Shown here: positions 1-10,058 of the stretch, piece by piece
How the letters are laid out: every line of letters begins with the position of its first letter
Position numbering within the stretch: position 1 is the first letter of the stretch
Assembly: GCA_963785305.1 (NCBI GenBank)
Contig: CAWAUV010000005.1
Coordinates: forward strand, 1 to 64,000
DNA from: an uncultured Planctomycetaceae bacterium
Lineage (GTDB): Bacteria; Planctomycetota; Planctomycetia; Pirellulales; PALSA-1355
Length of the DNA: 64,000 nt
Direction: 5' to 3'
Program-made: the position numbers and the translations under genes
Notes under the pieces: model-generated
What the model was told of the DNA's origin: nothing
The model's database searches: none
The model's input: only the letters and a program-made list of their open reading frames with translations

Positions 1-510
1 TTCGAGCACATGGGCAAGAGATAGCCAGGCGCGGGCGTGACCTTCATCCACGTTGGCAGTGGGTTTAAGGGTTGTGGCTGCGCGTAGGTATTGGGCTGCC
101 TCCGGTTGGTGACTCTGTGCCAGGATTAACCCTAAGTCGAGATTCGATTCGAAGATATCCGGCTTGGCCGCGACCGATTTGCGATAAGCGGTGATGGAGC
201 GTCGTCTTTACCTTGCGCGTGATAGACGAAACCCAGATCGAACCAGGCCACGTAGTTGTCGGGAGCGGTCGTCACAACCTTCTGAAGCAGTGGCTCGGCG
301 GTGGCAAAGTCTTTCTTCTCGATTGCATTTTCGGCCTGCGATAAATCCGTGGCGAGCCGGATCTTGCTCCGCAACTTTGTGATGGCGAATAGTCTCAGTT
401 GTGTATTGCGCGAGAGCAGGAGCTGCCAGCGCCATCCATGCCAAGTGGATGCAAACTAAACGCAGCGACGGCCACGCCGGTTTAGCGCAGGATGGTTTAG
501 CTCGCGGCAT
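1..510 (-). CDS. Secreted tetratricopeptide-repeat protein (frameshifted, runs off window edge)
   Basis: Signal-like N-terminus ([13 protein letters not shown]) in ORF 208..510 continues in another frame as TPR helices ([43 protein letters not shown]); start overlaps the uvrA stop. Confidence 0.7.
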
Positions 511-3421
511 CGTGTTTGGAGTCTACGTGGGCGTTAAGCAGGGGCGCCAAATATTTTCCAGTGTACGATTCGGGGAGCTGGGCAATGGTTTCTGGGGTGC
601 CCGCGCCGACGACCCGTCCGCCCCGGTCGCCGCCTTCCGGACCGAGATCGATGACCCAGTCCGCGGTCTTGATCACTTCAAGATTATGCTCGATAACGAG
701 AATGGAGCCCCCTGCATCATAGACGGCGAAAGCCGCCAGAAGTTTGCTGACGTCGTCAAAATGCAGGCCGGTGGTCGGCTCATCGAAAATGTAGAGCAGT
801 ACGACTGCGGCGGCTCAGCTTTCGCCGTTCCCCCGGCCGTCTGCGGTCGCGACTGGCGGGTTGCAGATGCGCCGCCAGCTTCATGCGCTGCGCTTCCCCG
901 CCCGAGAGCTGTAGCCGACCGCCCCAGCCGTAGATAGCCAAGTCCGACTTCGTCCAGCACCCGCAGCTTTTCCACAGCTCGGGCACGTCGGCGAAAAAAT
1001 GCAATGCTTCTTTCACCGTGAGATCAGCACTCGTGAATATTCTTGCCGCGATAGCGGACTTCGAGCACCTCGGTTTGTAGCGCGTTCCCTTGCAATCTTC
1101 GCAGATCAGTTCGACGTCGGCGAGAAACTGCATTTCTACAGTCACCGTGCCGTCGCCCTGGCAGTCTCGCATCGCCCGCCCGGAATGTTGAAAGAAAAAT
1201 GGCCGGCGGTAAAGCCGCGCTTCTTCGCCTCCGGAAGCGAAGCGAAAAGTTCGCGGATGCCGTCGAACGCCTTGATGTAGGTCACCGGATTCGACCGCGG
1301 CGTACGTCCGATCGGCGATGGTCCACCAGAACTACATCATCAATGTAATGATCCCCTTCCATGCTCTCCCAACTTGGCCGAGGGCGGCAGGGGATTGCCA
1401 TTGGTCAACTTCTTGGCTGCAGACAATGCCTGATAGAGAACATCGTGAACCAGCGTCGATTTACCCGATCCGGAGACGCCCGTGACTGCGACGATCATGC
1501 CCAGGGGAATCGGAAATATCAATCTTTTTCAGGTTGTGGGCTTTGTGCCCCGCGGATCTCGATACGGTTCACGTCCCGATTTACGGCGCGCGTTGGGCAA
1601 TTGAATTCGCAACTGACTCGACAGATAGCGCCCAGTCAGCGATGCAGGCATGTTGAGGATTTGGCCATAACTGCCGGCAGCTGTAACGGTGCCACCGTTT
1701 TCGCCCGCACCGGGGCCCAGATCAAGAATGTGGTCGGCGGCTCGCATCACGTCAGGATCATGCTCAACTACTAGGATCGTATTTCCCAAATCACGCAGGC
1801 CATGAAGAATATTAATCAGACGATGCGTATCCCGCGTGTGTAATCCAATGGAAGGTTCATCGAGAACGTAGAGCGTTCCCACCAACCGTGAGCCCAGCGA
1901 AGTTGCGAGCTGAATTCGTTGTGCTTCGCCGCCAGATAGCGTAGCCGAGAGGCGATCGAGCGTGAGATATTCCAGTCCGACTTCATTCAGAAAGCGCAGG
2001 CGCTCCAATATCTCTTGCAGTAGTGGTTCGGCGACTCCGGCTTCCTGAGCGCTAAGGTTGAGATTCGCGAAGAATTGTTCCGCTTGTTCAACCGTCATCG
2101 CGGACACTTCGCAGATATTTTTGCCGTTGATTTTCACTTGACGCGCTTCAACACGCAAGCGCGTGCCATTGCAAGCAGAACACAGTGAATACCCACGATA
2201 TCGGCTCAAAAAGACGCGCACGTGCAGCTTGTATTTCTTGCGCTCGAGATAATTAAAGAAGCCGCGAATGCCCTCAAACTTGCCGTCGCCGTCCACGACC
2301 AACCGCTGCTGCTCGGCTGTGAGGTCAGACCAGGGTTCGTCCAGCGGAATGTCTTTTTGGCGGGCGAAACGCCTTAGCTCCGCAATCCACGGTTTGCCCT
2401 TGGGCTTCGTCCAGGGTTCAATTGCACCTTCGATTTAATGACTTCGACAGGGTCGGGAATCACCAGATTCATATCGAAGTCGATTGTGTTGCCGAATCCC
2501 TGGCAGCGCGGGCAAGCCCCGTAAGGATTGTTAAACGAAAACAAGCGTGGCTCGGGCTCGTCGTATTTCGTGTGATCGTTCTTGCACTCAAAACGCTGCG
2601 AGAAACGCAGACGCCGCAGGGGCGACATCGTCGGGGCGTGGAACGGTTCTCGAAGATAACTTCTCCCGATTCCCGGTATCCGCTTTCGATGGCATCCACA
2701 ATGCGTGCCCGCGCATCGGCAGCGACCACGATGCGATCGACAAGAAGAAATACGGGCTCGGTGAAATTCACGTCGAGCAGCGATTCTGGTGTAGAAAATT
2801 CAAAGATTTGGCCATGCTGGTAAAGCCGGTTGAACCCCCGCTGCCGAAGATCAGTCAGCCGAATTTTCAAACTGTCAGAAATTGGAGCCGGAGCTCACAG
2901 CCTTCTTTTTTCCTCGCGTTTTAGTCTTCGGCTCGGCTGCTGCAATGCCGTGCGACGGGAATAAAACGTTCAGCCGCGTTCCGTCGCCAAGACCGATTAT
3001 TGTTGCCGCGACTTCATCTACTGTGTCTTTTTTTCACTTCCACTCCGCAATGCAGGCAATAGGTTCGTCCGATGCGGGCAAAGAGCAGGCGCAGGTAATC
3101 GTAGATTTCGGTTGCCGTGCCGACGGTCGAGCGCGGGTTGCGCGTGGAATTCTTCTCCCGGATTGCCACAGCTGGCGCAATGCCATCGATCACGTCCACA
3201 TCGGGTTTTTCGATTCGTTCCAGAAACTGCCGGGCGTATGCCGATAACGACTCAACGTACCGCCGCTGGCCTTCCGCATAAATTGTGTCAAAGGCGAGCG
3301 AGGATTTCCCTGAACCCGAAACGCCCGTAACGACCGTCAGCGCGTTATGCGGAATCTCAAAATCAACGTTTTTCAGGTTATGGACGCGTGCGCCGCGAAC
3401 CACAATGCGTTCGTTTGACAT
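497..3421 (-). CDS. uvrA: Excinuclease ABC subunit A, split by several frameshifts
   Basis: [18 protein letters not shown]...[62 protein letters not shown]; second Walker [12 protein letters not shown]-terminus [22 protein letters not shown] ending TAA at 497. Confidence 0.95.
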
Positions 3422-3583
3422 TCGCTGAGGGTTCCCATCGCATCCTGCCGATCAACGGCAAAAGCGCCAGCTGGTCACCAGACGGCGTCCGGAAGGGTAG
3501 GGAATCTTTTTATTATAAATCGAAGCGATGCTCTAAATTTGGGCGAGGCGTGCGGCCGCCTGTGTGCTCGGTCTACGCACGGT

Positions 3584-4336
3584 CTAGCGCGCAATCCACA
3601 GGAAGCCGAATACATAAATCCAAAGCACAAGCATCAGGTGCCAGTACCACGCGGTCACGTCCACGACAATCCGTCTCGATTCGACCGACTTGTTCAACAG
3701 CGAGATGGTCGAGGTGTAGAGCAGAACAGCCAACCCTCCGAGGAGATGGAGCGCATGGGTCGCGGTAAGGACGTAAATAAAAGAGCTACGGGGGCTAGTG
3801 GCGATGAAGAAGCCATGAGCCGCGAGGTTGCGCCATGCCATCCACTGGCCGCCGAGAAAAGCGAAACCCAGAACGAGCGTGCAGGCCAGCCAGGGAAAAT
3901 GAAATTCGCGGCCAAGCGAGACGCCGGGAATCGACCGCACAGGAGCCAGTGCCGACTGCAGAGTAATCTGACGGCGCGCCATATTCCACGGTGATGCTGC
4001 TCAAAAACAGAAGAAATGTATTGATGAGCAGAAGGTCTAGAGGCAGTGTAACCGGCTTCCATTCATTAACGTAGTGCAAGCCTGACGGGTCAAGCACTAC
4101 GGCTTCCTGGCGCACAAGATAGACGAGGGTAAGAACAATAAAAAGCGTGAGGATGGGCGCCGTAGCCAATAGCAGTCCCGACGCGCCCGCCGAAGCCGCT
4201 GACCGTAATTGTAATTGTTGTCGCCGCCGCGCCCATCGCCTCCGCCTCGATTGGGCGGAGGGCCCAGATCGCTGCCACCGCCTCCGGTTTTCTCTTGAGG
4301 TCGCGGTCGTCCGATGCTCGGTGTCAACGTCGCCAT
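3584..4336 (-). CDS. Heme-copper oxidase subunit III family protein (two frameshifts)
   Basis: Multiple TM segments; LLINTFLLFLSSITVE, TATHALHLLGG, AWYWHLMLVLWIYVF typical of COX3; Gly-rich N-terminus from ORF 4097..4336. Confidence 0.85.
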
Positions 4337-4434
4337 GGCTCGTTCTATCTGAAAATTCTAGTTCGAGTTGCGCTTCTCTGCACACTCGAAAGGACCCGCT
4401 GAAGTTGCCAGCCAAATCACGGCAGCCGGGAAAA

Positions 4435-4767
4435 TTAGTGGGAGTTTTTTTGCAACGTGCGCACGTAGCCCACAACAGCCGAAATCTCCTCCAGGGACAG
4501 TTGATCGGTAAACGACGGCATGCTGCCCTTGCCGTCGGTGACCACCTGCTTCATTTCATCCGGGCTCAGCTTGCGAACCTCGTCGGAAAGCGGGCTAAGA
4601 GCATTGAGTTGCCGGCCCATGTCCGTGTTGGCTTTGCCATCCACTCCGTGGCACATGACACACTTCTTCTTGAAGACAGCCTGGCCATCTGGTACATCCT
4701 GAGCGGTGGCACAAATGTTCATGAAAACAATAAGAATCAATGACACATAGCGGGTCAGTTCGGACAA
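4435..4767 (-). CDS. Monoheme cytochrome c (class I)
   Basis: Signal peptide, CVMCH heme motif, GKGSMPSF axial Met region; GAGGAGG RBS upstream of TTG start. Confidence 0.9.
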   Translation of the reverse strand: MSELTRYVSLILIVFMNICATAQDVPDGQAVFKKKCVMCHGVDGKANTDMGRQLNALSPLSDEVRKLSPDEMKQVVTDGKGSMPSFTDQLSLEEISAVVGYVRTLQKNSH

Positions 4768-4820
4768 GGCAATTCCTCCTCAAATGATTGTAAATTCACG
4801 AATGTCAAGCCGGAAGACGC

Positions 4821-5574
4821 TTATCGCGATTCAAAGAACTTCCTGATTTCCGGCCAAAACGCCGCACCACCAATATCTATGATGTGGCCGCCGGTGCGCC
4901 GGGAGTGGAGTTTAACGCCGGTCTGCTCGGAGAACTGCCTAACGCTGCCATCAGGAACCTGGGGATCGTCTTTCGCATGAAACATTAAGATTTTCGTTGC
5001 ATCGATCTGCTCAACATGGTGCGCCGGATTGTAGAACTTTCCCGAGTACAGCTTGTTCCAATTTTTCTGCGTCAATCGATATCCGATGCCGAATGCATCG
5101 CGAATATCGGATGCGTAGCTCGGATTGGACGTTTCTGTTTTTTCAGATTCACGAAGAATTCTCCAATCCACGACCGCGCAATTCGCGATTACTTTCTTCA
5201 CTCGCGGATCGAGCGAGCATAAGATCGCCGCAGCCCCTCCAAAACTACCTCCAATGACAAAGACTTCATCCGGGCGGACCGAAAATTTCTTGCCAAAGGC
5301 GATGTATTTGAAATCCTTCGGGAAGGCAATCAAGCACATCGAGAAGGTCTTGATGCGGCGACTTCGCCAGAAACTCACCGCCGCTTTCCCACGCACCCCT
5401 GTATCGCGGATAGAAAACCCAATAGCCCTTCGCCGCCAGCCACTCGGCTAGCGGTTGCTTGCGTGGAATCGACGGCATGCCATCACATAAAATAATCAAC
5501 TTTTGTTTTTTTCCATTGCGCGCGGGCGGCAGAAACTCCGTGAGGATTTGTTTTTGAAAACGTGTGCGAAACAT
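4821..5574 (-). CDS. Alpha/beta hydrolase (one frameshift)
   Basis: CDGMPS, YPRYRGAWES, nucleophile elbow GGSFGG, FHAKDD and C-terminal His across ORFs 5266..5574 and 4821..5396. Confidence 0.8.
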
Positions 5575-5678
5575 ATCGGCGCAAATAAATCAGATGGTTC
5601 TTATCAAAATACCGCATCACGTGCAGTTGCGTCGCGCAACGCGAGATAGCCAATTGGGGCGACGGAGTTTATTTAGCA

Positions 5679-5707
5679 TTGCTGGGAGTTGCACCCAGGA
5701 GTAGACT
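5679..5707 (+). promoter_or_regulatory. Putative sigma70-type promoter TTGCTG-N17-TAGACT
   Basis: 17-bp spacing; lies upstream of a GGAG RBS and ATG at 5755. Confidence 0.4.
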
Positions 5708-5754
5708 GTCGCCCAACCCTGTTTTCTTTACAAATTCAGTTAGTGGAGCTAAAT

Positions 5755-5865
5755 ATGGAACGGCGCAGACTATTTACCTGGCTCGCTCAATTGCCGCTAT
5801 TTGCTTTTGCTCGGGGTTTGGCGCCAGTCGCGATTGACCGGCCCGTGGAAATTGTGGTAGCCTAG
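5755..5865 (+). pseudogene. Probable 5' fragment of an exported protein truncated at the junction (MERRRLFTWLAQLPLFAFARGL...)
   Basis: GGAG RBS, Arg-rich then hydrophobic N-terminus, only 36 codons; composition shifts at ~5820. Confidence 0.35.
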
Positions 5866-6099
5866 GGTAACTTAAACGAATCGCAACGCGGTCGGCGGGG
5901 CCCCGCCACTTGCCATGCCCCAACGGCCTCGCGAGCGAAATCCGCCCGCCGAGCCGTGAATCATCTGGACACGATGGTCCGCTGGGCGCCAAAGGATTCC
6001 TCGGGGCGGCGAATTGGTTCCCTTATACTCTACGCGCACGGACAAGGCCTATCTCGATCCGTCCGCTGTCCGTTCGACCCCTGACAGGATCCACTCGCG

Positions 6100-7143
6100 G
6101 TGAAACACGCAGCCATCGGCCCGATCTCAATCCACCTGCCGGAGCGGGTCGAAACCAACGAACAACTTTCCGCCGAATTTCCGGATTGGAATCTGGACCT
6201 GATCTACGCCAAGACCGGCATCTATTCGCGGCATATCGCGGCGCCCGACGAATGCGCTTCCGATCTGGCCGTGGCCGCCGCGGAGAAGCTCTTCACGCAA
6301 CACGACATCGATCGCCAATCGGTTGATTTCTTGCTCTTTTGCACGCAGACTCCCGATTATCCCCTGCCCACCACCGCTTGCCTTTTGCAGCATCGCCTGG
6401 GCTTGAGAACCGCGATCGGGGCCATCGACTTCAATCTCGGCTGCTCGGGCTTCGTCTATGGACTCGCCCTGGCCGATGGCCTCATCCGCTCCGGCGCCGC
6501 CCAGCGGGTGCTCTTGCTCACGGCTGAAACCTATTCACGCTATATCGCTTCGAGCGATCGTTCGCTGCGCACGATCTTTGGCGACGGCGCTGCCGCCACG
6601 CTCGTCGAAGCCTCGGACACGCCCTCGCTCTCCGCCTTTGCCTTCGGCACCGATGGCGCGGCGGGCAACGCGCTGATGGTCAACACCGGCGGCGCCCGCT
6701 CGCCCGAGCACGCCTTGCAGCCGCGCACCAAGTGGCGCTGGCCCAGCAAGATGTACATGGATGGGCCCGGCATCATTACCCTCACCATGGAAATCATTCC
6801 GCGGCTCGTGCAACAGGTGCTCGAGGCCGGCAAGGTCGCGGAGTCGGACATCGAACTGTTCCTGATGCACCAAGCGACGCTCAAGCTGCTCGATGTGCTA
6901 CGACAGAACTTGCAAGTCGACGAGCAAAAAATGCCGACTGCGCTGCGGCACTGCGGCAACACCGTGTCGTCGACGATTCCGATCCTGATCGATGAGCTCC
7001 GCTCTAGCGGTCGGCTCCGCCCAGGGGCGCGTTCGCTCCTCGCCGGGTTTGGCGTCGGATTCTCCTGGGCCGGATGCCTCTGGACCGAGACTTGGCAAAA
7101 CAAGGCCGTGGCCGTGAATGAAGCCGGCCGCGAAGCCGCGTAA
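6100..7143 (+). CDS. 3-oxoacyl-ACP synthase III (FabH-like) family protein
   Basis: Catalytic triad NLGCSG, MHQAT, GNTVSS; FGDGAAA; GFGVGFSW. Confidence 0.9.
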   Translation: MKHAAIGPISIHLPERVETNEQLSAEFPDWNLDLIYAKTGIYSRHIAAPDECASDLAVAAAEKLFTQHDIDRQSVDFLLFCTQTPDYPLPTTACLLQHRLGLRTAIGAIDFNLGCSGFVYGLALADGLIRSGAAQRVLLLTAETYSRYIASSDRSLRTIFGDGAAATLVEASDTPSLSAFAFGTDGAAGNALMVNTGGARSPEHALQPRTKWRWPSKMYMDGPGIITLTMEIIPRLVQQVLEAGKVAESDIELFLMHQATLKLLDVLRQNLQVDEQKMPTALRHCGNTVSSTIPILIDELRSSGRLRPGARSLLAGFGVGFSWAGCLWTETWQNKAVAVNEAGREAA

Positions 7144-7408
7144 GAGCCTAGTCGACCGTCGCATCGCTTGCCTGTCATGTCCGAGGCTCGGGCGCGGGCT
7201 TCCGCCGTTCGCGGCGCGCCATTTCCCGTGCCCTTCGTAATCCATCGCGCCGGCGCAACCGCGATAACTGGCGCCCCGCACTCGGCGCCAGCGGGTCTTT
7301 ACCGCGATTCTAGCCCCGGTCCGAGGCGGTTTTCGGCCTAGACTTCTTTCTGGCGGGCGACCCGTTCCAAGGATCGTTCTCGGACGCGTCGGCTTCGGAG
7401 GAAAGATC

Positions 7409-8243
7409 ATGGCTCACGATGAACGGCGAAAATCATTCCGTTTCGCCCTGCAAGAAGAACAACGCAAGGCCGTTATAGAAACCCGCGCCGGTCGCCTGCC
7501 GATCGAGTTGCTCGAACCAATCCGTCGATGGTTTCAGTGTCAAAGCAGCGCCCGATGTGAATATCGCGCTCGATGAAGTCGTGGCGCTTGAAACCTGGGC
7601 CGGACGTTGCGAGGCGACGGTCGCTCGGCTCACGGACTGCGAAGACCATCGCCGGATCGGTCTGAAACGCATTTCCGATATCACGGTGATTTCCAAGAAA
7701 GCCATCGGGTCGCCCGATTGGCTTCTCAAGAAATTGCCGATCGGCAAGACAATCGGGCGCCGCAAGCAAGCCGCCGCGGGGCTGATGATTGCCATGGTGA
7801 CGCTAACCGCCGGCGGTTGGATGCTTTGGGCGTCGCCGCGGCCCGAAGGTCCGTCGGGCATGGCCACCGCCGAGGCGAACTCCGCCGAGACAAGCGCCTC
7901 GACCACCGATTCATCGGAAACGCAAAACGACGCCAATGCAACCGCCACGCCCGCCGAACCGCCAGCGGCGAATGCTTCGCCCGAGGCAGTGCTGGATCGC
8001 CTCGCCACGCTTCGCATGCCCAAAGTGGCCGCGGCCCTGGCGCTGAGCGAGCAGCAAAAACTCGATATCAGTCGCTTGCTGAAAAAGACCTCGAATGAAC
8101 TGGCTCGGTCGCGAGCCCGCTTGCGGGAAAAAAGCCGCGACTACCGCGAAGCGCGTTTATCGGCGATCGTGGTCAACGCCGAAAACCGCATTCGATCGAT
8201 CCTAACCACCGACCAACAAGCCCGCTGGCAGCAATCGGAATAA
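7409..8243 (+). CDS. PilZ-like domain + TM helix + LTxxQ-like helical C-terminus (frameshift near 7515)
   Basis: GGAGG RBS, ATG 7409: MAHDERRKSFR (RxxxR); after a frameshift NQSVDGF ([D/N]xSxxG) joins ORF 7557..8243 with TM AAAGLMIAMVTLTAGGWMLW and LALSEQQK...ILTTDQQARW. Confidence 0.65.
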
Positions 8244-8261
8244 CTTGCCTCGCGACGCGCC

Positions 8262-8392
8262 AACGAAAACCCAAAGCGCCAGCCAAGGAATTTCCGGAAA
8301 ACAAGTCTGAAGCGCCAGCGAAGGATCTTTCGCTGGCGATTCGAACTCGTGGGTCGGCGGGACTGTTTTCGCTGGCGGTTCAAGCTCGTGGA
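8262..8392. repeat. Cluster of REP-like imperfect palindromic units (GAAGCGCCAGCGAAGG / TTCGCTGGCG.TTC)
   Basis: Two forward units (~8269, ~8305) and two inverted units (~8328, ~8367) in an intergenic region. Confidence 0.7.
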
Positions 8393-8504
8393 TTTCGCCA
8401 CTCCTCCGGAAATCTTTCGCCAAGCGTCGCCCCGACTTCGAGCAAGCTCTCGCCAATCTGGTATCCTGAACTCAGGCGATACCTCCCACAGATAGCGAGA
8501 CGCC

Positions 8505-9332
8505 ATGTTGATCCGAGTTGGTTGTGATATCGAATTCGTTTTTCCCGAGTCCACCGCCGTCATTTTGATGCTCAACGTGCATCCCCTGCGTTGGCCCACG
8601 CTGCGCAAGTACGAGAACTTGCAAATTCATCCGACGGCTCCAATCAATCACTTTTTCGACCTCAACGGCAACTATTGCGGCCGCGCAATGGCGCCAGCCG
8701 GCCATGTCCGGTTCACCAACGACGCGGTCGTTGACGACTGCGGACTTCCTGATCTTCAGGTCCCCACGGCGCCGCAGATTAACGTTCAGGACCTGCCGCA
8801 GGAGGTGCTGCAGTTCTTATTGGCCAGCCGCTATTGCGAGGTGGACAGTGAACTGAAGGACGTCGCCTGGAAATTATTTTCCCACACCCAACCCGGCTGG
8901 CCGCGAGTGCAAGCGGTTTGCGACTTCGTTCACCGCCACATCCGCTTCGATTATCAACAGGCTCGCAACAATCGCACCGCGCTGGAAGTCTATCGCGAAC
9001 GGGTCGGCGTTTGCCGCGACTACATGCACCTGGCGATCACCTTCTGCCGCTGCTTGAACGTGCCGGCCCGTTATTGCACCGGGTATCTGGGCGATATCGG
9101 CGTGCCGATCGCTCCGTATCCGATGGACTTCAGCGCCTGGTTCGAGGCATTCTTGGGGGGCCAGTGGTATGCTTTCGACGCGCGGAACAATACCCCGCGG
9201 ATCGGCCGTGTGCTGATGGCGCGTGGCCGCGACGCCGCCGATGTGGCAATGACCACGACCTTCGGAGTCAACCAACTGCAATCCTTCAAAGTTTGGACCC
9301 TGGACGTGACCTCGGCCCCATCGACCTATTAG
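8505..9332 (+). CDS. Transglutaminase-like family protein
   Basis: GVCRDYMHLAITFCRCLNVPARYCTGYLGD, DFSAWFE, GRDAADVA. Confidence 0.92.
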   Translation: MLIRVGCDIEFVFPESTAVILMLNVHPLRWPTLRKYENLQIHPTAPINHFFDLNGNYCGRAMAPAGHVRFTNDAVVDDCGLPDLQVPTAPQINVQDLPQEVLQFLLASRYCEVDSELKDVAWKLFSHTQPGWPRVQAVCDFVHRHIRFDYQQARNNRTALEVYRERVGVCRDYMHLAITFCRCLNVPARYCTGYLGDIGVPIAPYPMDFSAWFEAFLGGQWYAFDARNNTPRIGRVLMARGRDAADVAMTTTFGVNQLQSFKVWTLDVTSAPSTY

Positions 9333-9485
9333 CAGCCCGTTGAAATAATCAACAGGCCGAGCCGCCGCATGGACGCATTGTCGAAATAACGACCCAGGTC
9401 GTTTATTTTGCGAGCCGCGACGAGCCTTGCTCGGCGCTTGGCGAGGTTGAAAAATGCCACGAGGGCATTTTACAACAGGCTGTTA
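9330..9485. mobile_element. MITE-like element (~156 bp) with terminal inverted repeats
   Basis: Left TAGCAGCCCGTTG vs right CAACAGGCTGTTA (reverse complement TAACAGCCTGTTG); related sequence recurs at 39423. Confidence 0.65.
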
Positions 9486-9519
9486 GCCGCGTTCACCAGC
9501 CGTGGGCAGGAATCCCCTC

Positions 9520-9978
9520 ATGGATCTATGGTATTTCGCCTATGGGAGTAATATGTGGGCGGATCAAATGTGCGCCCGCACCGGGTCCATCGGCGCGCCG
9601 GATCACCCGCCCCGGCTCGCGCGCCTGGAAAACCATCGCTTGGTCTTTCAACCTACCGAGCCCGGCGGCCCGGCTTATGCCAACATCCTTTCGCCGGGTG
9701 ACTCCGTAATTGGTGTCATCTATCGCTGCTCGCCAGCGGCGCTCGAACTGCTCGATGGCTACGAACAACACTACCATCGTCAAGCGATTACCGTGGTTGA
9801 TGCAACAGGCGAGCGCGTGGAGGCCACGGCCTATGTCATGAACCCCGCCCTGGCCAAGAGTTTTGCCCGACCGAGCGACGAATACCTACAACGGATCATC
9901 ACCGGCGCCCGGCAATTCGGCTTGCCGGCGCTGTACATTGAAGCCATTGCGAGAATCGCTTCCGACGCACGCGGTTGA
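9520..9978 (+). CDS. Gamma-glutamylcyclotransferase family protein
   Basis: YFAYGSNM, LDGYE, PSDEYL motifs. Confidence 0.9.
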   Translation: MDLWYFAYGSNMWADQMCARTGSIGAPDHPPRLARLENHRLVFQPTEPGGPAYANILSPGDSVIGVIYRCSPAALELLDGYEQHYHRQAITVVDATGERVEATAYVMNPALAKSFARPSDEYLQRIITGARQFGLPALYIEAIARIASDARG

Positions 9979-10006
9979 TGGTCGCCAACCGAACTCGATA
10001 GTCCGT

Positions 10007-10037
10007 CCCTCACCTTACCCTCTCACCAAGGGAGAGG
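10007..10037. repeat. REP-like element (CCCTCACC..ACCCTCTC..CAAGGGAGAGG), copy 1
   Basis: Hairpin CCTCTC/GAGAGG; related copies at 11526 and 27335. Confidence 0.7.
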
Positions 10038-10058
10038 CGGGAATTGCCGGACAGGCTG

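Noticed and set aside
497..3421. Programmed frameshifting, alternative genetic code or true uvrA pseudogene
   Set aside because: Breaks are scattered indels also seen in housekeeping genes; intact genes use TAA, TAG and TGA normally
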